From Tubulanus polymorphus (Eukaryota > Animalia > Nemertea): 64,000 bases of DNA. The notes beneath the pieces were generated by a model, which was not told where the DNA came from, made no database searches, and was given only the letters and a program-made list of their open reading frames with translations. The stretch is taken from positions 1,426,001-1,490,000 of the forward strand of contig NC_134035.1 in assembly GCF_964204645.1 (NCBI RefSeq). The letters run 5' to 3'. The translations under genes and the position numbers were made by a program. Shown piece by piece: positions 57,098 to 64,000 of the stretch (the first letter of the stretch is position 1; each line of letters begins with the position of its first letter).

Positions 57098-60000
57098 TCA
57101 TGCTGTGCCTTCAGGCACTGTTACATTTAATGAAAATGACCAACTAGCAGTTCCGGCTACTGCTGTATATTCACCACTATCCGTCGCTAACGTTGCCAAT
57201 ATCTCGAGCGTTGAATTTCGATCGCCCGATTCTACTTTTATCCTATCCGAAGCTTCGACATTAGATTTTCCTTTCTTCCATGTGACTAAAACGATACAAA
57301 GGCAAAGACGTCGGTAAATTCCTTCGAGCGCGGGCACCTGAACATTTCAATTTCTCCTCAATCAACAATCTCGGTAAGTGAATGAAGAAGTCCCGCAATA
57401 GGATGAAATTCATCAAAATGAAACCATAATATTTCATCTGTTGACTAACAGCCATCTACAGGCAGAATGACCAGACACAGAAGTAACAAAGCATATAAAC
57501 TCACTGGATGTTTTGATACTTCTGGTTTCTGGTCATTCCACCCAATGATGGCTGTTAGTCAACAACCAAAAACGTTGTTGTTTCATCTCAATGAATTCTA
57601 TCCTATAAAATTCTATTGTGGAATTTCTTCACTCATCTACAGTTTACATGGATTAGTGTTTTATTCGACTACTAATCTTGGTAAACTAACAACTTATTAC
57701 AATTGACCCTGATAGCTCAGCGAGGTATTCAGCTATAGAAATCTTGACGCTAAACTGGAAAGTGAAACTTACTTTCTACGGGTGACTCGGATTTGATGGA
57801 ACAGCTAAATTTCGCAGGTGACCCCTCCTCAACTGTAACTGAGGCGGGGAATGTCTCGAACGATGGACCTGAACCTTTTTCATCGGGAACTGAAAATAAA
57901 ACGGTCGGATACTTTTTTCATATCGACAGAAAATAAAACAGGATCCTGATCCGAAGTTGTCGAGTCAGATTTGAATTATGAGATCGAGCTAGATTCTCGA
58001 AGATTCGTTCGACTCACAACTGTGAATCGGGGTCCAGATATTTGAAGAAAATTACTGTTGTTGATGGTAGTTTAGTTTGCACACTAAACACACCAAGACT
58101 GACATCCAACTCAGCACTGCCCGATTTCTGAACAAAACATAAGCAAATTTTATGAAACAAGCTTTACTTATCATTGAAGCAAAGATGCCGATGTACCAAA
58201 ATATGACACAATCAGGAACAGCGAAAGATTTTCATACCAGCTTTTCCCGAGAATTAGGCAGAGCTGGCAGCTCTGTCAGTCCGTGCATGCAAACGGCTCA
58301 AAAGCGGATTATCAAAGCGAGTACAAGGAAATCACACAATCGCGATAGTTCATCGATTCGAAAGAGAGATTTCCGTTTCGTTTTAACGGTCAAAACGCGG
58401 TTAACTTACCATCGACTCGTACCGTACATAAACTAATAGCCTCGCCGACACTATTAAAAGCTTCACACGAATATTCGCCGGTATCTTCCGGGAATACTTC
58501 CGATATCGTTAGTCTATATAGGTCTCCTTCGTTTTCCATTTTGAAGTCTTCGCTCGGCTTCACTTCGCGGCCGTTTTGCACCCAGACGACCTCGGCCGGC
58601 GGGTTCGCGCTGATGCGACACTCCAGCTTCAACTGATCGCCGTCGACTAATATTTGTCCCTTAACGTGTTGCGTGAATACTGGGGCGGATTCTACCGACG
58701 ACGGCTTCGCTTCTTTTGTCGTTTCGACGATGGCCGGTTCTTCGATGAGCTCGCCGTTTACGACAGCTGGTGTGTCGGTATCTCTGTCCAGCGGAGCGGG
58801 CATATCGATCATATCGTTCACCGCTTGCGTAGAGGGAAGGAAAAAGGAGGGTTCATCAGTATCATTTGAACTTTGTTCGAATTGATATTAAGCAGATGGG
58901 TAAGCTTTGGTGAAGAGAGAAGCCACTGCATCGAAACACAGGACTCGGTTTCATAGTTTACGGCTTATATTTGACTATTAAGCATTAAAACATCGAAAAT
59001 GAACTAAATTAAAATCTAGAGTCAAATTCAACCGAAACTGTTGAACCGGGTCCAGGAGTTTCGCAATCGATGTTTAGATCAAACATTTCACGACTTCATT
59101 AGTTAAGCTTTCGTTTACAATTCGGGTTTTCCGAAAAAAAAAAAAAGTTCTAATCCTGCGTACGATGCTCATCAAGAGTTTCAGGAAATGGTCTTAAGGT
59201 CAAACACTGCAAATTATAACGACACTGCGACCTTACATCAGGTCCACGTGTCGTATGAAATCTCAATTCATGCGAATGAAAACATTAGTTTCGCTTACCG
59301 GCAACTGCGGATACTTGCACGAAAGCGGTCGTCGAAGCCGAACCGTTGCTATTTTTTGCTTTGCAAGTGTAGTCGCCTTGATCTGACGCGGTCACCGCCG
59401 GTATTGTCAGAGTCGAAGATGTGTCTGTCGTTTCTACGTTCATATGTGATCCGAGAGGCTGAAAAGATAGAGAAATGTGACAATAAATTTTGCCTCTTCT
59501 GGTGGCGATGCCCACACAATGGCTCCACCACTGGTCTATTTTGGCAGGAGTTTAATCGCCGTGGCTGATTGGTTTGAGCCCGGTCGAGGTAGGACGACTC
59601 AATCCATATAACTAGACCAGACTACCAGAATAAGCTCAAAAGTTGGTTAGAGTTAACCAGTGGATTGTTGACATAGTGACAATTGAAATCGCAATGTTAC
59701 CACAGTATTTGTCCATGTCCAAATATCTTTAACTACATTTTGAACTGACACCTGATATTTCTAATTGTAGTATTTCTCAACAGAGAACAATTTGACATCA
59801 CAAAATGATATTTCTGATCGAAGTGGTTCCCAAAAATAACAGTTTACTCAAAAATGATCTAGAAGTTATTCTGATTTTCAGAATATTATATTCATTTGGA
59901 GTAGTTAAGCTCTAAAAAGTGTAGAAACTACTCTCAAATAGCACAGTCAAGGTCAGGTCTGAGCATGAAATCACCCAAAAATGAAGCTGCAACTTTTATA

Positions 60001-63000
60001 GTACCCTGACTAGATACTTACCAAACCATCTTTACTCCATTCTATTTCTACTTTTGTTCCAGAAAAACTACAGGATAATCGTAACTGTTCTCCAGCGTTC
60101 AGATTATCCCCTGATAATTGTCTAATTATTGAAGCCGGCATTACCATTGCGCTATCTAAACTAGATTCTGAAACGGACAAAAACAGCGAGAGACAATGAA
60201 ATCATGAAGATCAACAACGGTCGATTTAACTCTAAAAAATGCATCAACAGTACTTGCTTGATGGTTGAATAAACCGCCAAGGTTTAGATTAAAACCGAGC
60301 CCAGTTAATGGTTAAGATTGACTGCTGGTATATAGAATCAAAATTAGTTCATTTGAAATCTACAGTCAAAACTGAACCAAACCTGATGGAATTGGATTCT
60401 GATGCAGTTTGCAGGGCTGCCAACCTCTGCAAAGTGCTATCAGTAACAACTTGAATTTTTTTCTGGAACATTTCATCAAGTGTGAAGAAAATGTTCAAAT
60501 TAATCAGTAATCAACAGTAAGACCCTCAGTAACATCTTTCATATTTCTGTTCAAATTAATCAGTAATCAACAGTAAAACCCTCAGTAACATCTTTCATAT
60601 TTCTGTACAAATTAATCAGTAATCAGCTGTAAGACCCTCAGTAACATATTTCATATTTCTGTTCAAATTAATCAGTAATCAACAGTAAGACCCTCAGTAA
60701 CATCTTTCATATTTCTGTTCAAATTAATCAGTAATCAACAGTAAGACCCTCAGTAACATCTTTCATATTTCTGTTCAAATTAATCAGTAATCAACAGTAA
60801 GACTCTCAGTAACATCTTTCATATTTCTGTACAAATTAATCAGTAATCAGCTGTAAGACCCTCAGTAACATATTTCATATTTCTGTTCAAATTAATCAGT
60901 AATCAACAGTAAGACCCTCAGTAACATCTTTCATATTTCTGTTCAAATTAATCAGTAATCAACAGTAAGACCCTCAGTAACATCTTTCATATTTCTGTTC
61001 AAATTAATCAGTAATCAACAGTAAGACCCTCAGTAACATCTTTCATATTTCTGTTCAAATTAATCAGTAATCAACAGTAAGACCCACAGTAACATCTTTC
61101 ATATTTCTGTTCAAATTAATCAGTAATCAACAGTAAGACCCTCAGTAACATCTTTCATATTTCTGTTCAAATTAATCAGTAATCAACAGTAAGACCCTCA
61201 GTAACATCTTTCATATTTCTGTGCAAATCAAACAGTACAAAATACAGAAAGTCAGGAATGGTTGGCAGCCCTGAATTTGCATCTGTTGTCCTTGGGTTGA
61301 TTTACTAATCCATTAAAAACCATTGAATTTGCACATATCGAAAGTTAGAATTTTTGGAGAGAAAAAAAACATAACGCACTTTTTGTTGAGAAAGACGACA
61401 TACTGTCGAACGAACTGTCATCATCTTGTCGCATTGTACGTCGCGATGATCTAAAATCGGATGAATCCGAACTGCTACTGATGACGGATTTTGACGAGTA
61501 AGATGACTCGGTGATCGTCGTGCCGCCTTCAGTTCGTCGCGTCATTCGTGAAAACGACGACGACGTATTTTGTCCGGACGTGTCTAAACCTTTCGGTCGC
61601 AGCAATAAACGCTCTGAAAATAACCATTGACGTTTGGTTCGATTACGCGTGTAAAAACATCAGTGAAAAGCCTAGAAACAACTGAATTCAGCTCATTTTA
61701 GAATATGCAAAACAGCAATAGCAAGTTTTATCTGTAAGGGGTCATCCATAAAGTACATAGGCATCCATGAGGGGGTCATGAATTGTCCTCACTTCCCCCG
61801 GGCAGCTAATCTATTTGACTAGGTTTTACCCCCACTATTTCCTAACATGTAAGTTCCCCTCCCCTGACTTGATCTGTTAAGAATCCAATCAATTAACACT
61901 AGCTATCTCAACAAATTTCCCTGAGTTTTAGTTTTTTTTTTAAACAAAATTCCTTGACTATTCCCTGAATTCTTTAAAGAAAAGAAAATTCCTTGACTTT
62001 TCCCCATTTTCTAGGTGACTGGCTGCCCTGTTTACAACGCTTACAATTGTGTACATAGGAAAGGAGGGGTTGAAAATCAGCAACATTTAGCGTATGTACT
62101 TAATGAACAGCCCCTTAGGGCAGACTATATTTATTTACAGAGCTTTAGATTACCAGCTAGCATCCTGATAGATTTCATTAGGTTTTATTCGTACGTTTAA
62201 TTTTATGCGTAACTAAGCTGCTCTTTTTATAAATTTAATGAAACCTAAATGCGTAGATACACGACGGAGATGAAGCCAGTTTTTTTATAAGCTGCCGAGA
62301 AGAAAAAATCACGGAAAACTCTTATTAGAAATTCGCAAATGAAATAGAACGGGTCGTTACCTTTTTATTATTACACGAAGCAGAGAAAGGAAGGATACTT
62401 TAAACTAAAGACTAGAGAAATAAAATAATACATGACTAGAACAACATTAAGCTTTTCATTAACAATCTCTATGTTATTTACATTTTGAATTTACGTAAAT
62501 TTATCTAAGATTTTGAAACAAGTTTGGAAAACGTCTTTCAGGGTTGGTTATTTCTTGGCAAATGATTACTCCAAGGTTATTTAAGGGTGTTTTAAGTGCT
62601 TGTATATTCGGGATGCATATCAAGTTTTGGTGCCTGAAATTACAATGACATGTACGTGATGTGCCAGGATACATTAGCAAATCTACTTAACTACATGGAT
62701 TTTACACTCAAGATCCAGACGGGATTAACCGATTACTATTTGATTATAATTACTGATTACTATTTCGACCAGTGAGAAAATGTCACATTTAAAGCATTTA
62801 TGGGATAATATTGCGCATATTCATTAAGGAAAGTGACTAATCACGCGGCTGCCAGGTAAATGATAGGCTAAGTCTGTAAACGTTTTGGCTAACAAGACTT
62901 CGGTTCATGTATCTGGCTGCCTAGTAAACAGGTGCTTATGTGGTGGATATGTGGAATTGTTGAGGCCATATTTTCACAGCGGTATTCGAAAAACACCCGA

Positions 63001-63271
63001 TGAAAAATGCAGAATCGGAAAACGCGTAATGCCTAATTCCTAGAAAATGACTTATATCCTTCAAATGCAGACTTATATCCTTCAAATGCAGAGGTAAGGT
63101 CTGATACTTTTCAAATTGTCAGATATAAATACCACAAAGTTTTTCTCAGAATTTATGCATTTTCCGATTCGGCGTTTTTCATTTGGTGTCTTTTGGATTA
63201 AACCGATTTTCACAAAGGGGTACGCTCTATATTCGCTCTAGATTTTAGCACAGTACAGAAAATGACACACG

Positions 63272-63328
<57 letters not shown>

Positions 63329-63473
63329 CAAAATAATTTCAAATCGACATCGACGTTGTACGTCGGTCGTCGTACGTAGCTTAGAGAGGTCATTAATCAT
63401 TACAGCAGGAAGAAGCAAATACTACAAATACTCGTTTTGACACCGAACACAAAGTTACCTTTCGATTTGTCGG
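57098..63473 (-). CDS. 3' portion of a multi-immunoglobulin (I-set) protein, titin/twitchin/UNC-89-like; the 5' end lies outside the window
   Basis: Exons approximately 63459-63473, 61380-61613, 60022-60166, 59299-59458, 58410-58823, 57772-57889, 57098-57286. Three I-set domains, e.g. APVFTQ...LECRISANPPAEVVWVQNG...LTISEVFPEDTGEYSCEAFNSVGEA, DQGDYTCKAKN, DSGEYT. Confidence 0.85.
60412..61274. mobile_element. MITE with 14-bp TIRs enclosing about 13 tandem copies of a 56-bp unit
   Basis: CAGGGCTGCCAACC / GGTTGGCAGCCCTG; unit TTCAAATTAATCAGTAATCAACAGTAAGACCCTCAGTAACATCTTTCATATTTCTG repeated over ~60494-61221. Confidence 0.9.
63276..63325. repeat. (GA)n microsatellite
   Basis: About 25 GA units. 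Other microsatellites: (AAT)n ~12757-12800, (CGAA)n ~13210-13233, (TA)n ~13267-13306, (CAG)9 15367-15393. Confidence 0.95.
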
Positions 63474-64000
63474 CTGCAATAGAGAAATAGCGCGATGAGT
63501 GATGAATGAGAACATTTATGAACCGTTGATACTGTCATCAATACACACAAAATCTATGCTTCTTGTGTATCGCGACAATTACAAAGTTGGCTATTGCAAC
63601 CTGGAGAGTTATCGATTTGGACCCATTTTGTCATGGTTCCTCGTTAATATTTAAGTTAAAATCATTGGAAATGAATTCGAGAATTAAGAAGGAATTGGCT
63701 CCGAGTTCTTGGTAAAAATTTGACTCTATGTTCACTGCCACTGTGATAATACAGTGCCGCCCCCTATTGTCATTATGAGTATACTTGTAGGATAGCACTG
63801 GAGCTGTTATACATAGTCAGCTTTTGCTCGAAATTGACTAATCAGCGTTGAGAATGAAGCCGGCAGTGAACGTGTTACGCATAGGCAAGTGAACCTAACC
63901 GATAACCAAGAACTGGGAAATCGAATGATTGAATTCCAATTATTAAGATGACTTTCAGAAATATTTTCTCTTCAGTTTGCAACGGTTAGAACATCATATA

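Noticed and set aside
57287-57337. ORF-track N-terminus MPALEGIYRRLCLCIVLV of the last Ig exon
   Set aside because: A better acceptor (ttttag at ~57287) joins the previous exon in frame and restores a normal Ig fold, so this stretch is likely intronic.
62355-62420. Possible extra small exon or recursive splice site (AAG|GTAACG) in the Ig gene
   Set aside because: Candidate acceptors give 52 or 37 nt (frameshift) or 45 nt with an in-frame stop; not supportable without transcripts.

Overview
Eukaryotic, AT-rich, intron-containing animal (invertebrate-like) DNA; the species cannot be determined from the sequence. From left to right: (1) about 9.2 kb of a ~3-kb tandemly triplicated, internally structured non-coding repeat; (2) an NDR/STK38/tricornered kinase gene (- strand), head-to-head with (3) mitochondrial ABC transporter ABCB8 (+); (4) KRR1 (-); (5) two tandem CYP3-clan cytochrome P450 paralogs (-); (6) the 3' end of a multi-Ig-domain, titin/twitchin-like gene (-). 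Introns hold many MITEs, two Penelope-type insertions carrying minimal hammerhead ribozyme motifs, and minisatellites. The best candidate novelty is an alternative first exon that splices in frame onto the NDR kinase, adding MGLRLSRPPLKIRRAK, a myristoylation-plus-polybasic membrane anchor. Also notable are a 69-nt cassette exon in the NDR auto-inhibitory segment and two P450s with Asn in place of the catalytic I-helix Thr. All exon structures were read by eye from GT-AG sites and reading frame and have no transcript support here.
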